44,492 nucleotides of DNA from positions 1 to 44,492 of the IMG/VR virus record IMGVR_UViG_3300045988_109867. One strand, written 5' to 3'. This document shows positions 33,455 through 42,874 of the stretch, in pieces. How positions within the stretch are numbered: the stretch's first letter is position 1; every line of letters starts with the position of its first letter. The notes below the pieces were generated by a model. It was not told the DNA's origin, made no database searches, and saw only the letters and a list, made by a program, of their open reading frames with translations. The position numbers and the translations under genes were made by a program. Origin of the DNA: a virus.

Positions 33455-33844
33455 TTAAAATGGTACGTCATCATCTTCTACCGCTGAAAACCCAACTGGT
33501 GTAGCCCCTACATCTGCATTCTTTGCACTTTCTAAACCTTGTACATTTCTTGCCTGCACCTTAGTAAATGTCTTTTTTTCTCCGTCCTTCTCATATCTTT
33601 CTACTCTAACGGATCCGACCACTCCTACAAGTCTGCCCTTTGTAATATAGTTACTTACATACTCTGCACTCTTTCCCATTACTTCTACTGGTATAAAGTC
33701 TGTTGGATAATTTCCCTCTTTATCTTTGTAATCTCTGTTTACTGCTATTGTAAACTTAGCTACTGCTGTTCCTGACCCTTGTATATATGTAAGTTCTGGA
33801 TCTCTTACTAATCTTCCTACTAAAGTTACGTTGTTTATGCTCAT
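33455..33844 (-). CDS. ssb: single-stranded DNA-binding protein
   Basis: OB-fold N-terminus MSINNVTLVGRLVRDPEL and acidic tail DDDVPF. Confidence 0.9.
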   Translation of the reverse strand: MSINNVTLVGRLVRDPELTYIQGSGTAVAKFTIAVNRDYKDKEGNYPTDFIPVEVMGKSAEYVSNYITKGRLVGVVGSVRVERYEKDGEKKTFTKVQARNVQGLESAKNADVGATPVGFSAVEDDDVPF

Positions 33845-33856
33845 TTCTACTCCTCC

Positions 33857-34105
33857 TTAATCTAAATAAATGCTTTTTATCTCAAACAAGGTGTTTATTT
33901 TCAACCCTGTCGTACCCTCCATCCATTTTGATAATGCATCTTTAAGCCTTCTTGCAGTTAACATATTTTTACTTTTCCCTACCACTATCCATAAACCATC
34001 AACACGAACTCTAACTTCAAACTCGAGTTTTTCATTCCTTAAATAAGACATCTCTATTATTACTGGATTTATTATTAATTTCTCTTCACATTTAATTAAA
34101 TACAT
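33857..34105 (-). CDS. hypothetical early protein
   Basis: Start moved to ATG 34105 (SD GGAGGG), which removes the overlap with the upstream gene. Confidence 0.55.
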   Translation of the reverse strand: MYLIKCEEKLIINPVIIEMSYLRNEKLEFEVRVRVDGLWIVVGKSKNMLTARRLKDALSKWMEGTTGLKINTLFEIKSIYLD

Positions 34106-34109
34106 TGTT

Positions 34110-34610
34110 CTATCCCTCCACTCCAAGTAAATATTTCTTAATTCTTTCTTTTCCAATTTCTTTTATTGCTTTTTCTGCCATATTTACACTTTCAAAGTAG
34201 TATGCTCCCATCTCTATTTCGTTACAGTCGTAAGATTCTAAATATGGTATAAAATCATCTTCTGCATATGAGTAGAAAATGCAAACATTGTTTTCATTCG
34301 GGTTGTAAGCTTTAGAGTATTTTTTAAGCTCTGTAATAACCTTTCTTCTTTCTAATTCAGATTCGGCCTCTTCCCTTGTCTTAAACGCGTTGCCGATTCT
34401 AAATGCATTTAAATCTATTTCGTGTCCTTTATATTCCCAGTGCCTTATATCCCCAAAGGCACTTATTGTATAAAATTCATCTCCTATTTTAAGCTCCCAT
34501 TCCTTAGGTTCTTCTTTGTATATTCCTATACTTTCCTTAAGGCTCTTAAGTTCTTTTTCAATTTTGTTTAAATATTCTTCTAAATCGTCTAAGGTATAAA
34601 AATCTTTCAT
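34110..34610 (-). CDS. hypothetical protein carrying a GNAFKTREEAE motif
   Basis: 166-aa ORF. The motif is shared with the C-terminus of 39723-40469. Confidence 0.6.
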   Translation of the reverse strand: MKDFYTLDDLEEYLNKIEKELKSLKESIGIYKEEPKEWELKIGDEFYTISAFGDIRHWEYKGHEIDLNAFRIGNAFKTREEAESELERRKVITELKKYSKAYNPNENNVCIFYSYAEDDFIPYLESYDCNEIEMGAYYFESVNMAEKAIKEIGKERIKKYLLGVEG

Positions 34611-34635
34611 TTTTCTATTCTCCTTTTTCTAAAAT

Positions 34636-35040
34636 TTATATTGTTACTTCTAGATTTCCATCCACTAATTTATATTTGTATCCTTCTTCTGCCAATTCTT
34701 CTAAGCACATTTGCAGTGGATTTAAAAGCTTATCCTTATAAGTTATCTCTTTAAAAACAACACAAACTACCTTCCCAGAAAGTTCTGTTAATTCCTCACA
34801 TTCTATGTACTCAATCCTGTGTCCTCCAACGATTTCCTTTACCATTCTGACTTTAATTTTTTCTAAATAATTTATTTTTACTTCTAGTTCTTGCAATCTT
34901 GATAAAAGCCCCCAATCCTCAAAAAAATTTCTCTCTCCAATTTCTATTCTATCTTTAATTTTTTTATTTATTTTAAATAAAAAAAACAAAGTTAAAATAT
35001 TCATGCATAATGCTATAGTTGTTATTATAAGGTTTCTCAT
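34636..35040 (-). CDS. membrane-anchored hypothetical protein
   Basis: N-terminal TM helix (LIITTIALCMNILTLFFLF). Confidence 0.6.
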   Translation of the reverse strand: MRNLIITTIALCMNILTLFFLFKINKKIKDRIEIGERNFFEDWGLLSRLQELEVKINYLEKIKVRMVKEIVGGHRIEYIECEELTELSGKVVCVVFKEITYKDKLLNPLQMCLEELAEEGYKYKLVDGNLEVTI

Positions 35041-35056
35041 TTTCTACTCTCCCTTT

Positions 35057-36061
35057 CTAGTTATAAAATTCTATATTTTTAATCGTTATATCAAATGTTC
35101 CATCTTGATTTTGTCTTAACGAATATTTCATAGGATCCTCAAAATCTTCTAATAGTCCTTTAATATCAAATCCTGTATTAGTTTTAATTGTTCTTCTCTT
35201 AAGTTTTTTCTCCACCCAGTTTTTATCTATTTCAAAATCTTTATTTACACTAGCATCTTCCAGAACCTCTTTGTATATCTGCTTTCTATAATCATCTTCG
35301 ATTATTTCTTCTGCAAATTTTTCTGTGTTTATTGAGTTATCTTCTGTAAGTGTGTAGTTTAAAAGGCTTTCTATTTCTTCTATTTTCTTTAAATCATCTG
35401 GGTAGGCATTTTGGCTCCAGGCTTTTGTCTTTTCTGCAAACTTTTTAGTGCAGTAAGAGTTATCTATTATTTTCTTAACATCTAAAAACTCTGTCACAAA
35501 GCCAGAATCCGTATCATTTTTTTCGGCTGCCTTATCTAGAACTCTTAGATGCCATTCATCATTTACCCCACTTACTCCTATTATTGCAGCATGTACAATC
35601 TTCTGTGATTCTTGTATTGCATTTTCATTGGCAACCATTTTAACCAACACTTTTTCAGTGTCTTTATTGTATGCTATTTCATGTGTATACAACTTTTTAT
35701 AATCAAGTTTAATAATAGCTACATATTTTTGGTCTTTATGTGTAAATAGCACTACTGCTAAATCGCAAGAATCTAGTTCTGCATTTATCCCTATGTTTTT
35801 ATAAAGCTTACTTGCTACCCCTTGTGTACTTAAAGCAAAGGAGTTTTTATCGTAAATTATATGGTCGGCACATACCCTTACTTCATTTTCATTGTAATTA
35901 TTAAAAGTAGCCTTTCTTAGATCCGTATCTCTTAAAATTCTTTTAATAATTTTTTGGTAAAATGTATCTAATTCAGGGGAAATAACATCTTCAACATCAT
36001 TTAAAACTGGCACTTCTGCGTCTTTATCCAGTACATGTACTATTGCCTTGTTAATTATCAC
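35057..36061 (-). CDS. nucleoid-associated protein, NdpA/YejK-like
   Basis: N-terminus MIINKAIVHVLDK, central DLAVVLF...YVAIIKLDY, and later LRVLDK...FVTEFL. The pattern fits the 37-kDa NAP family. Confidence 0.65.
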   Translation of the reverse strand: MIINKAIVHVLDKDAEVPVLNDVEDVISPELDTFYQKIIKRILRDTDLRKATFNNYNENEVRVCADHIIYDKNSFALSTQGVASKLYKNIGINAELDSCDLAVVLFTHKDQKYVAIIKLDYKKLYTHEIAYNKDTEKVLVKMVANENAIQESQKIVHAAIIGVSGVNDEWHLRVLDKAAEKNDTDSGFVTEFLDVKKIIDNSYCTKKFAEKTKAWSQNAYPDDLKKIEEIESLLNYTLTEDNSINTEKFAEEIIEDDYRKQIYKEVLEDASVNKDFEIDKNWVEKKLKRRTIKTNTGFDIKGLLEDFEDPMKYSLRQNQDGTFDITIKNIEFYN

Positions 36062-36079
36062 TATTTATCTCCTCCTCTC

Positions 36080-36295
36080 TTAAAAAGTAACCTTCCACTT
36101 TCTTTTTCTATTAATCTTGTTAAAAACCATTTTCTTTTCTTCGTAGAAATCTGTATTTTCTTTGTATTTTCCCGTATTTTCTTTATTCTTTTGTTCAAAA
36201 AAATCCATATATTCTGTGCAATGTGAATGGCATCCAACAGTTCTGTCTTTACAGTTATAGCAAGGCACTCTTTTATCCATATTGTTAAATATCAT
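36080..36295 (-). CDS. small Cys-rich (Zn-binding?) protein
   Basis: CYNC...C.S.C motif, 71 aa. Confidence 0.55.
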   Translation of the reverse strand: MIFNNMDKRVPCYNCKDRTVGCHSHCTEYMDFFEQKNKENTGKYKENTDFYEEKKMVFNKINRKRKWKVTF

Positions 36296-36590
36296 TGGCT
36301 TTATTCCCTCCCATGTTTGCTTTAAAGTAAGTTAATATTTGTCTTATCTTTTCTTCTGTGGCTTTTTTGCAGTAGTCTTTTTCTAGATCTATATCTATAA
36401 TCTTGTACAGTTTATCTCTTCTTTCTAGATCCTTTGTGTATCCATTTATAAGATTGTTTTTTATAATATTTAAGCTATCTTTAGATATAGGCAATGGAAA
36501 TGTTATATCTCCTCTCTGTGCCGTTAAGACTATACTTTTTCTTTCTGCTATTGCTTTATCTATAAAATCTATTGCTTCTTTTTTCTCCAT
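36285..36590 (-). CDS. hypothetical early protein
   Basis: 101-aa ORF abutting the rusA stop. Confidence 0.55.
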   Translation of the reverse strand: MEKKEAIDFIDKAIAERKSIVLTAQRGDITFPLPISKDSLNIIKNNLINGYTKDLERRDKLYKIIDIDLEKDYCKKATEEKIRQILTYFKANMGGNKANDI

Positions 36591-36959
36591 CTACTCCACT
36601 CTTTCTATAAAAATTTCCGCTCTTGGATTTTCCTTATCATATTTCACTCTAGAACCATCGTGAGAAACGATTATTCGGCTGTTGTCGTCCTTTAGAACAC
36701 CACAGTCGACTAATATATCATTTGTGGCATTTAAAAGGTTTGTGAGGTCTACACGGTGTCTTGTAGGCATATAATAAATTGCCTTTAGATTTACCGGATA
36801 ATCTATGCCTTTTCTATAATTACCTGTAATCTGTTTCCTACAGTCCTTTTCATATCTTACAAACTGTTTGCTTGGAAGTAAGTAAGGTCTGCTTCCATTG
36901 GTAACAATCCTCCCATTATTTTTTTTGGTTATTGGTTTTCCGTACAATACAATTTTCAT
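36591..36959 (-). CDS. rusA: RusA-like Holliday junction resolvase
   Basis: 122 aa. Contains DLTNLLNATNDILVDCGVLKDDN. Confidence 0.8.
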   Translation of the reverse strand: MKIVLYGKPITKKNNGRIVTNGSRPYLLPSKQFVRYEKDCRKQITGNYRKGIDYPVNLKAIYYMPTRHRVDLTNLLNATNDILVDCGVLKDDNSRIIVSHDGSRVKYDKENPRAEIFIERVE

Positions 36960-36976
36960 TTTTCTTTTTCTCCTTA

Positions 36977-37759
36977 TTATTTTTTTAGCCTGTAGTTTAT
37001 TCCAGGCATATTTATTACGTAACCGTTAGCCATCTCTACTATCCTACTTGCTATGGCTTCATCTATCTTTTTAAGGTTTTCTACACTTAGTTCCGAAGTT
37101 ACTATTAGCTTCCCGCCAGATAGGTATCTATGGTTTACAAGTTCAAACATTGCATTTATATCTGCGTCTGTTACTTTGCCTTTAAATAGATCATCTATAA
37201 ACAAAATTTCCGCATTCTTTACTTCGTTTATTAGTTTTTGGTATTCTTCTTTATCCGTAATTGATTGCTTTAACTTGCTTATAAATGTTCTGTAATCTAT
37301 GTATATTACTTCTTTTCCTTGCTTTAACAAGTTATTGGTAAGTGCCATTGCTAAGTGTGTTTTCCCACTTCCTACTTGTCCTGTAAACAATATGCTATGT
37401 TCTTGTATCTTCTTTTCCGTAAAGAAATCCATAACACATTTTTTAAGCATGCTGTGCTTTTCTGTAATCTCTTTAAAGTTTCCAAATCCTTTATCTCTAA
37501 AAGTCTTTGCTATGTGGGAGTTTGCTATTCTTCTTTCATGCTGTCTTATCTTTCTGCACTCGCAGTCCTTTGCCCATTCTTTTCCGTCCTGATCTATTAC
37601 AAATATAAATTCTCTATCTTTGCATTTTGGGCATCTATACTGTTTTTCTTCCTCCAGATTAAGAGAAGTCGAGGATTGGGATTGTTGTTGTTTCTTCTTG
37701 GCTTCCACTATCCTTTGTATTCTCTGTTCCATTGCTTGTATATCCACCGTTGTTTGCAC
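36977..37759 (-). CDS. DnaC/IstB-like helicase loader ATPase (start uncertain: GTG 37747 or ATG 37732 are more likely than 37759)
   Basis: Walker A GQVGSGKTHLA and Walker B LFIDDL. N-terminal CPKC...CEC zinc motif. GTG 37759 lies inside the SD GGAGGTG. Confidence 0.8.
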   Translation of the reverse strand: MQTTVDIQAMEQRIQRIVEAKKKQQQSQSSTSLNLEEEKQYRCPKCKDREFIFVIDQDGKEWAKDCECRKIRQHERRIANSHIAKTFRDKGFGNFKEITEKHSMLKKCVMDFFTEKKIQEHSILFTGQVGSGKTHLAMALTNNLLKQGKEVIYIDYRTFISKLKQSITDKEEYQKLINEVKNAEILFIDDLFKGKVTDADINAMFELVNHRYLSGGKLIVTSELSVENLKKIDEAIASRIVEMANGYVINMPGINYRLKK

Positions 37760-38666
37760 CTCCAGATTCTCTATACTTACCTTCTAGCACCTTTACAAAG
37801 TTATCAGGCTTAAGTATCCAGTCAAACTCTGCCTTCCAGCCGTTCTTTGCTTTATAGCCTTTTAAGAAGTCCGACTTTCCTACTTCTTCTATACATTCCA
37901 ATACCTTTTCTATTCCATATTGATTTATTCTTGCTCTTAGCATCTTGTACCTATTAGTACCTGGATTTATTACTAATAGTCTTGTAAGATTATCTATTGC
38001 ATTCCATTTTTCTTTTATAGAATTAATATCTTTTTCTGTAATGCCCCTCTTCGTACTATCTTCCGTAGTACAATTGTTAGTACCAATAGGTACTCTTTTA
38101 CTTTCCTTTACTTTACTTTCCTTTACTTTACTTTCCTTTACTTTACTTTGTTCATTACTGTATGCAGAAACCCCCTCTGAATCGAGTTTCTGTATACATA
38201 AACTCTGTTCAATTGAGTTATTGTCTACATTAATTCGCTTTAGGTAGGGTTTCTGTCTACAATAATTCTCTAACTTTTCGTCCGTGCTTATGTCTATATC
38301 CTCTCTTATTGCATTCTCTTTTCTCCGTTCTGTTGCAGTTAGAAATCTTCTCTGTATTCCAGTAGAAGTGAGGATTCTTTCTTCTTGGAAGACTTCCTTA
38401 CAAAAGAATCCAACCTCTAAAGCTTTTTCTACAACTGCACTTACATCTTCTTCTTCCATGTCTAAAGAGTCGGAAATTAAGAAATTCATATCGTCATTCC
38501 ACTCCAGGTAGTAGCCTTCGTCCCGGTATATAAGGCTTAGTAGATCTATTATTACTACTACGGACTTAACCCCACAACTTCTGACTATTCTTCTTGTCTT
38601 TATATCTTCCAGGAAGTTTACATCTAACGGAAAGTAATCTAATCCATTTTTAGTTGGTCTAGCCAT
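37659..38666 (-). CDS. phage replication initiator (DUF4373 / DnaD-like N-terminal domain) with ori iterons in its linker
   Basis: The N-terminus MARPTKNGLDYFPLDVNFLEDIKTRRI is typical. The (KVKES)3 linker coincides with the iteron array. Confidence 0.75.
   Translation of the reverse strand: MARPTKNGLDYFPLDVNFLEDIKTRRIVRSCGVKSVVVIIDLLSLIYRDEGYYLEWNDDMNFLISDSLDMEEEDVSAVVEKALEVGFFCKEVFQEERILTSTGIQRRFLTATERRKENAIREDIDISTDEKLENYCRQKPYLKRINVDNNSIEQSLCIQKLDSEGVSAYSNEQSKVKESKVKESKVKESKRVPIGTNNCTTEDSTKRGITEKDINSIKEKWNAIDNLTRLLVINPGTNRYKMLRARINQYGIEKVLECIEEVGKSDFLKGYKAKNGWKAEFDWILKPDNFVKVLEGKYRESGGANNGGYTSNGTENTKDSGSQEETTTIPILDFS
38097..38270. repeat. phage ori-like array inside the initiator gene: (TTTAC/TTTCC)n tract plus four CTGTATGCAGAAAC-like iterons at 31-32 bp spacing
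   Basis: Iteron starts at 38158, 38190, 38221 and 38253. Paralogous to 31748-31905. Confidence 0.8.
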
Positions 38667-38834
38667 TTTAAAATTTCCTTTCTAATATTTGTAATGCAGT
38701 TTAAAAATTTGTTCTGTGGTCCTAAGCAGGTCCTCTTCTGTATATCTTTCTATAAACTTATTTTTCTTCTGCCATTCTAGTTTATTTATTGCTAGCATTA
38801 CCGCTTTTTTATATGTAATCATATTTTTTTTACC

Positions 38835-39722
38835 TTATATATCTAGCTTTTCTTGCCCGTTTATTTCTTCTAAAACTTCTCCTGTTTCTGGATCTATTTT
38901 CTTCCCTGTTTCCTTATCTTCTACGGGCTCAAACTCATCAACTTCAACAAAATCAACGTTTATGCTTTCATCTTCTACTTCTGTCATGTCCTCTTTTATT
39001 TCATTTTTCACTGTTTCGTCGGAATTTAATGCATTGCCCACTTCTATGGAAATTGGTGCATACTTTAATAGCTTTTTAAGGACTGTTTTCTTTGCCATTT
39101 CGTCAAAATCTGTCTGCCATGGACCATTACTAAATGTCTTAGACTTGTTCTTTGCATGGCTTAAAACTTCTTCCTTAGTCATGTATACAAAGCTGTATCC
39201 GCCTTCTCTTAGGTGGTATACTGCATAATATCCAACTGCCTCTCCTCTATCTCCCTTTAGTAAAGGTGTATGGCTTAACTTCTGCTCTAGTCCATACTCT
39301 ATGTTAAAATCATCATTTTCATGGACTGTGTGTGCGTATAGCATCTTTATTTTTCCACTTCTTTGTGCTAACTCTAGTAAACCTTTATAACCAACTTGGA
39401 ACTGTACCTTGTTCCCATAAGGAATAAGATAGGCTTGTCCTAAAGGAGTATTAGGCTCTAGTCCTAACTGTGCGCTCTGCATCATTGCTGCTAAAAAACT
39501 TGTAGGCTCACACCTTTGCAGCTTTGGATTTCCATTAAATGCTGTAAGTACAACTCTTTGGAAACGTTCCGAAGATACCATGCTTGGAAGCGCCTTTGCT
39601 ATCTGCTCGCTCATCTGGTTAAGTAGTTTGCTCATTCCACAACTTTCTTTTTCTTTAGACTGGATAGATCCAGTTGCCTTACTCTGTAATTTATTCTTTA
39701 AATTTGTATTATTTGCTGCCAT
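38835..39722 (-). CDS. recT: RecT single-strand annealing recombinase
   Basis: Contains SFLAAMMQSAQLGLEPNTPLGQAYLIPYGNKVQFQVGYKGLLELAQRSG. Confidence 0.9.
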   Translation of the reverse strand: MAANNTNLKNKLQSKATGSIQSKEKESCGMSKLLNQMSEQIAKALPSMVSSERFQRVVLTAFNGNPKLQRCEPTSFLAAMMQSAQLGLEPNTPLGQAYLIPYGNKVQFQVGYKGLLELAQRSGKIKMLYAHTVHENDDFNIEYGLEQKLSHTPLLKGDRGEAVGYYAVYHLREGGYSFVYMTKEEVLSHAKNKSKTFSNGPWQTDFDEMAKKTVLKKLLKYAPISIEVGNALNSDETVKNEIKEDMTEVEDESINVDFVEVDEFEPVEDKETGKKIDPETGEVLEEINGQEKLDI

Positions 39723-40469
39723 TTATCTTCCCTCCTGTAATATTCTCATTATCTGCTCTGCTTTTGCCTTTGCTTCTTCTTTTGTTTTAAAGCAGTTGCC
39801 CAACTTGTATAACTGTTCGTGAACATTCCAGGCTCCATAATATACGTCCGATGAAATGTTGCCTGTGGGATTTATGAAAAAGAATTTTTGTCTATCTTTT
39901 GGAACCCATTTTACTTTTGTGTTTTTAACAATCCTTCTTACATCTCCGAAGCTATATCCTTCTTTTTTTAGCAATAACATCATTACCGCTTTTTCTAGAT
40001 CTTCTTTATCATCTCTATGCCTTGTAACCTCTATATCATCCCCAGATAATACAGTCCCGTCATACGTAGGTTTTATATTGCTAGTGTCTTTTTTGGGAAT
40101 GTTTTTATTCAGCATAGCTGTCTTTCCCCAATCTATCATCTCAGGTGTAAATTCATAATAAAAACCACCATCAAAGCTTATTAAATCAACACCATGATAA
40201 TTAGTAGTTTCTCTAACTGTATTTACCGCTTTTCTCATGCCAGGGACAAATTTGTCGTTGTCGTAAATTTCACCATGTATCAAATCATCTTTAATGTATA
40301 CCTTGTCTCCGCTTTTCAAATCTCTTATTGGGTTCATTTTTTCATTATCATTATTTATGTTACTAGTGTCTTTTCTTGCAAGCTTTTCACTTATTTCTAT
40401 AGCTTTCTCCCAGTCAATCATTTCTGATATATAAACCTTATCCCCCACTTTTAAATCTTCAATTCTCAT
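39723..40469 (-). CDS. hypothetical protein with an internal duplication (GDKVYI / KDTSNI twice) and a C-terminal GNCFKTKEEAK motif
   Basis: 248-aa ORF inserted between the exonuclease gene and recT. Confidence 0.6.
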   Translation of the reverse strand: MRIEDLKVGDKVYISEMIDWEKAIEISEKLARKDTSNINNDNEKMNPIRDLKSGDKVYIKDDLIHGEIYDNDKFVPGMRKAVNTVRETTNYHGVDLISFDGGFYYEFTPEMIDWGKTAMLNKNIPKKDTSNIKPTYDGTVLSGDDIEVTRHRDDKEDLEKAVMMLLLKKEGYSFGDVRRIVKNTKVKWVPKDRQKFFFINPTGNISSDVYYGAWNVHEQLYKLGNCFKTKEEAKAKAEQIMRILQEGR

Positions 40470-40480
40470 TTTTACTCCTC

Positions 40481-41428
40481 CTACTTTACTGTAAATCTTC
40501 TGTAACTACTTGTATTTGTGTACTTTGCGTATATTTCTGGATGCTCTAGCTTTATAGCCTTGGAATCTAAACTTGTTCTAGTGGATGTTTTCCAAGTTAT
40601 TTTATGTTCTCCTAAGCTTGCTTGCTCATTTCCTTGCATTTCTACTTGCAGGGTTTGTTCTATCTGTTTAATCTCTTTTTCTATTTCTTTCTTGTTATTT
40701 TTAAGTTCTAAATATTTATCTATTAGATCTTGTCCTCCTGGAAGATAATCTAGGCTTATCTTTTCTCCATTGGAGTTGGAGTACTTATCCTTTAAGTAAT
40801 CCGAATACTGGCTACTTCCGTCTGGCTCTGGCACCTTATCCCCCTTTACATACTCTTCCCAAAACTCTTTTTCTATTGCCATTAGGTAGTTTATAGTTTC
40901 TTGGTCTCTTTCTAAAATATGTATCTTAAAATCTTGGTTACCTATTAATGCTGCAATATAGCACCTATCCGCTCCAGTAACTGCCATATAGTGCATACAC
41001 TGTATTTCATAGTGTGGTGGAACTCCCTCCGCCCACTCCTTTGTAGCAAAGCTATTAGTTGTCTTGCACTCTAGTATTGCATTTTCTCCAACTACTTGTC
41101 TGTCTATATTAGCAAATGCAAATGGGTAATTATCATTCCTTAAAATTCCGTTTAGGTTGCGTACCTTCTTGCCTGTTTCTTCTGTAAACAAATCTGCAAC
41201 TAACTGTTCTAGTCTGTTTCCTAGCTCCATTCTAAAGCTTGTAGAATTGTCTATTGCATTGCTTGTCTTGTCCAAATACACATTTAAAGGGCTTTTCCAT
41301 GGATTTATTCCAGCTACTGCACTTGCATCACTCCCGCCTATGCCAGACTTTCTACATTTAAGCCAGTCCTCTCTCTCCATATCTTTTGTGTCTATATCTA
41401 CATAACTGTCTATATACTTTCTTTTCAT
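40481..41428 (-). CDS. YqaJ-like (lambda Exo-type) recombination exonuclease
   Basis: WLKCRKSGIGGSDASAVAGINPWKSPLNVY motif. 315 aa. Partner of RecT. Confidence 0.85.
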   Translation of the reverse strand: MKRKYIDSYVDIDTKDMEREDWLKCRKSGIGGSDASAVAGINPWKSPLNVYLDKTSNAIDNSTSFRMELGNRLEQLVADLFTEETGKKVRNLNGILRNDNYPFAFANIDRQVVGENAILECKTTNSFATKEWAEGVPPHYEIQCMHYMAVTGADRCYIAALIGNQDFKIHILERDQETINYLMAIEKEFWEEYVKGDKVPEPDGSSQYSDYLKDKYSNSNGEKISLDYLPGGQDLIDKYLELKNNKKEIEKEIKQIEQTLQVEMQGNEQASLGEHKITWKTSTRTSLDSKAIKLEHPEIYAKYTNTSSYRRFTVK

Positions 41429-41437
41429 TTTTACCTC

Positions 41438-41704
41438 CTATAAAAACGTTTCTCTTAACTCTTTACTTTTTATAAGGTTAAGCAAGTTGTCTCCTTCTGG
41501 TGTATCCAGTTTTTCTATCCTTTTAACTTTCTTATCCTTAGGATCTAGCCAAACCATTCTTTTAGTAGAATCTCCTATGCTATCTTCGTATTTGTTAAAA
41601 GCCTCTACAGTTGCTCTAAAGTTTTCTGCTATCTCTCCACTTCTTATATATGTATCATATAAGATTGCCTTTTTTCGCATTTCTTCAAACTCTTGGTATT
41701 GCAC
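41438..41704 (-). CDS. hypothetical early protein
   Basis: GTG start with SD AAGGAGAG. 88 aa. Confidence 0.55.
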   Translation of the reverse strand: MQYQEFEEMRKKAILYDTYIRSGEIAENFRATVEAFNKYEDSIGDSTKRMVWLDPKDKKVKRIEKLDTPEGDNLLNLIKSKELRETFL

Positions 41705-41706
41705 GG

Positions 41707-41976
41707 TTACACTCTCCTTAGTCCTATTATATTAACGTGGTTTTGGAAGCACTCTCTTACCCCTTGTTTGCTTATAAAAGTTAAATAATACCTATTAACC
41801 CCTATAAGCTTTAATCTTTTTCTAGATTCTAGGTTTTCTCTCTTGTCTACAAATAGGTCCACTACTATATATTCTTCTTCCATTTCTAAGTCCTTAAAAT
41901 TATAATCTTCTCTGCTTCCATACTTTAAGGGGGTTCTTCTATATCCATGCTCGATTCTTTTTTTCTTTTTTGCCAC
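41707..41976 (-). CDS. hypothetical early protein (basic N-terminus)
   Basis: GTG start with SD AAGGAGG. 89 aa. Confidence 0.55.
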   Translation of the reverse strand: MAKKKKRIEHGYRRTPLKYGSREDYNFKDLEMEEEYIVVDLFVDKRENLESRKRLKLIGVNRYYLTFISKQGVRECFQNHVNIIGLRRV

Positions 41977-41988
41977 CTTTCTACCTCC

Positions 41989-42093
41989 TTACTTATTAGT
42001 CCATCTAAGGTACATACATATGTACTCTAGTATTATTAAGAACCCGTATTTTATTGCCCCTAGTGCATTTACTGCTATTCTTTCTATGCTCAT
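41989..42093 (-). CDS. possible 34-aa hydrophobic peptide (below the track threshold)
   Basis: ATG 42093 with a strong SD GGAGGTG 7 nt upstream. Translation: MSIERIAVNALGAIKYGFLIILEYICMYLRWTNK. Confidence 0.35.
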   Translation of the reverse strand: MSIERIAVNALGAIKYGFLIILEYICMYLRWTNK

Positions 42094-42106
42094 TTCTGTG
42101 CACCTC

Positions 42107-42844
42107 CTAAAAACCTGTTATCTGCCTGTTATACATATAAACTTCTTCCATTAAAGCCTTTGGCAATGTATGGTTTTCTATTATTCCTATTGCTTCTTCT
42201 AGGTTCTTTCTCTTTATTGCCTTATAACTGTCTAGGTCATATTCTCTTTTAACCTGTGTATGTATATCTCTAAACACCCTACTTCTTAAAGACTTATTAT
42301 TATACGCTGGAGATTTATAGCCGCCTAAGTGCTGCACTGCCTTCTTTCTTACCGCTTTTGTTATTTCCTCGCACTCGATATTAAATAATGGTGCATTGTC
42401 TTTAAACTCTTTAAATTCCTTTGCGTTTTGTTCTACCTTTTCCTGCGTTTGTGTTACCCTTCTATCCATTGTTAATATTGCTCTTATTTCTGGGCTTGCA
42501 TTTGTTAATGTAAGGCTGTTTTCTTTAAGCTTTTCTTCCAATGTTTCTATATACTTTATTACTGCCTTTCTTACTGCTCTGCTTTCTCTTACAAGTACCT
42601 GCTTTGCTTGGCTTAGTGTAAGGTTAAACATTGGCTGTTTCTTATTTTGAGAATTTATGTAATAGGACTCGGAAATTTTTCCGTCTCCTATTTCTTCTTG
42701 AAATTCGTTTCTTACTATTTTTAGTAAGTCATAATGCTTTAATTCTTTTTTGCCTTCTATCTCATTTCTGAAATAGTTTATCTGTTCTACTAACTCTAAA
42801 GATGTTATTGTTTCCTTTGTTCCTACGTTTAATAAATCGTTCAT
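42107..42844 (-). CDS. Rha-family phage regulatory protein / antirepressor-like
   Basis: Start moved to ATG 42844 (SD AGGAGG). The N-terminus ITSLELVEQINYFRNEIEGKKELKHYDLLKIVRNE fits Phage_pRha. Confidence 0.75.
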   Translation of the reverse strand: MNDLLNVGTKETITSLELVEQINYFRNEIEGKKELKHYDLLKIVRNEFQEEIGDGKISESYYINSQNKKQPMFNLTLSQAKQVLVRESRAVRKAVIKYIETLEEKLKENSLTLTNASPEIRAILTMDRRVTQTQEKVEQNAKEFKEFKDNAPLFNIECEEITKAVRKKAVQHLGGYKSPAYNNKSLRSRVFRDIHTQVKREYDLDSYKAIKRKNLEEAIGIIENHTLPKALMEEVYMYNRQITGF

Positions 42845-42874
42845 AACTGTACCTCCTATCCTTCCCACTTGCAT

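Noticed and set aside
37659-37759. 101-nt overlap between the DnaD-like and DnaC-like genes as a possible programmed frameshift
   Set aside because: The GTG at 37759 lies inside an SD-like GGAGGTG. Downstream starts (GTG 37747, ATG 37732) are more plausible, so the overlap is mostly a start-site artefact and there is no slippery sequence.
38682-38822. 46-aa ORF between recT and the initiator gene
   Set aside because: It has only a weak SD (AAGG) and no recognisable motif, so it may simply be spacer sequence. Not reported as a feature.
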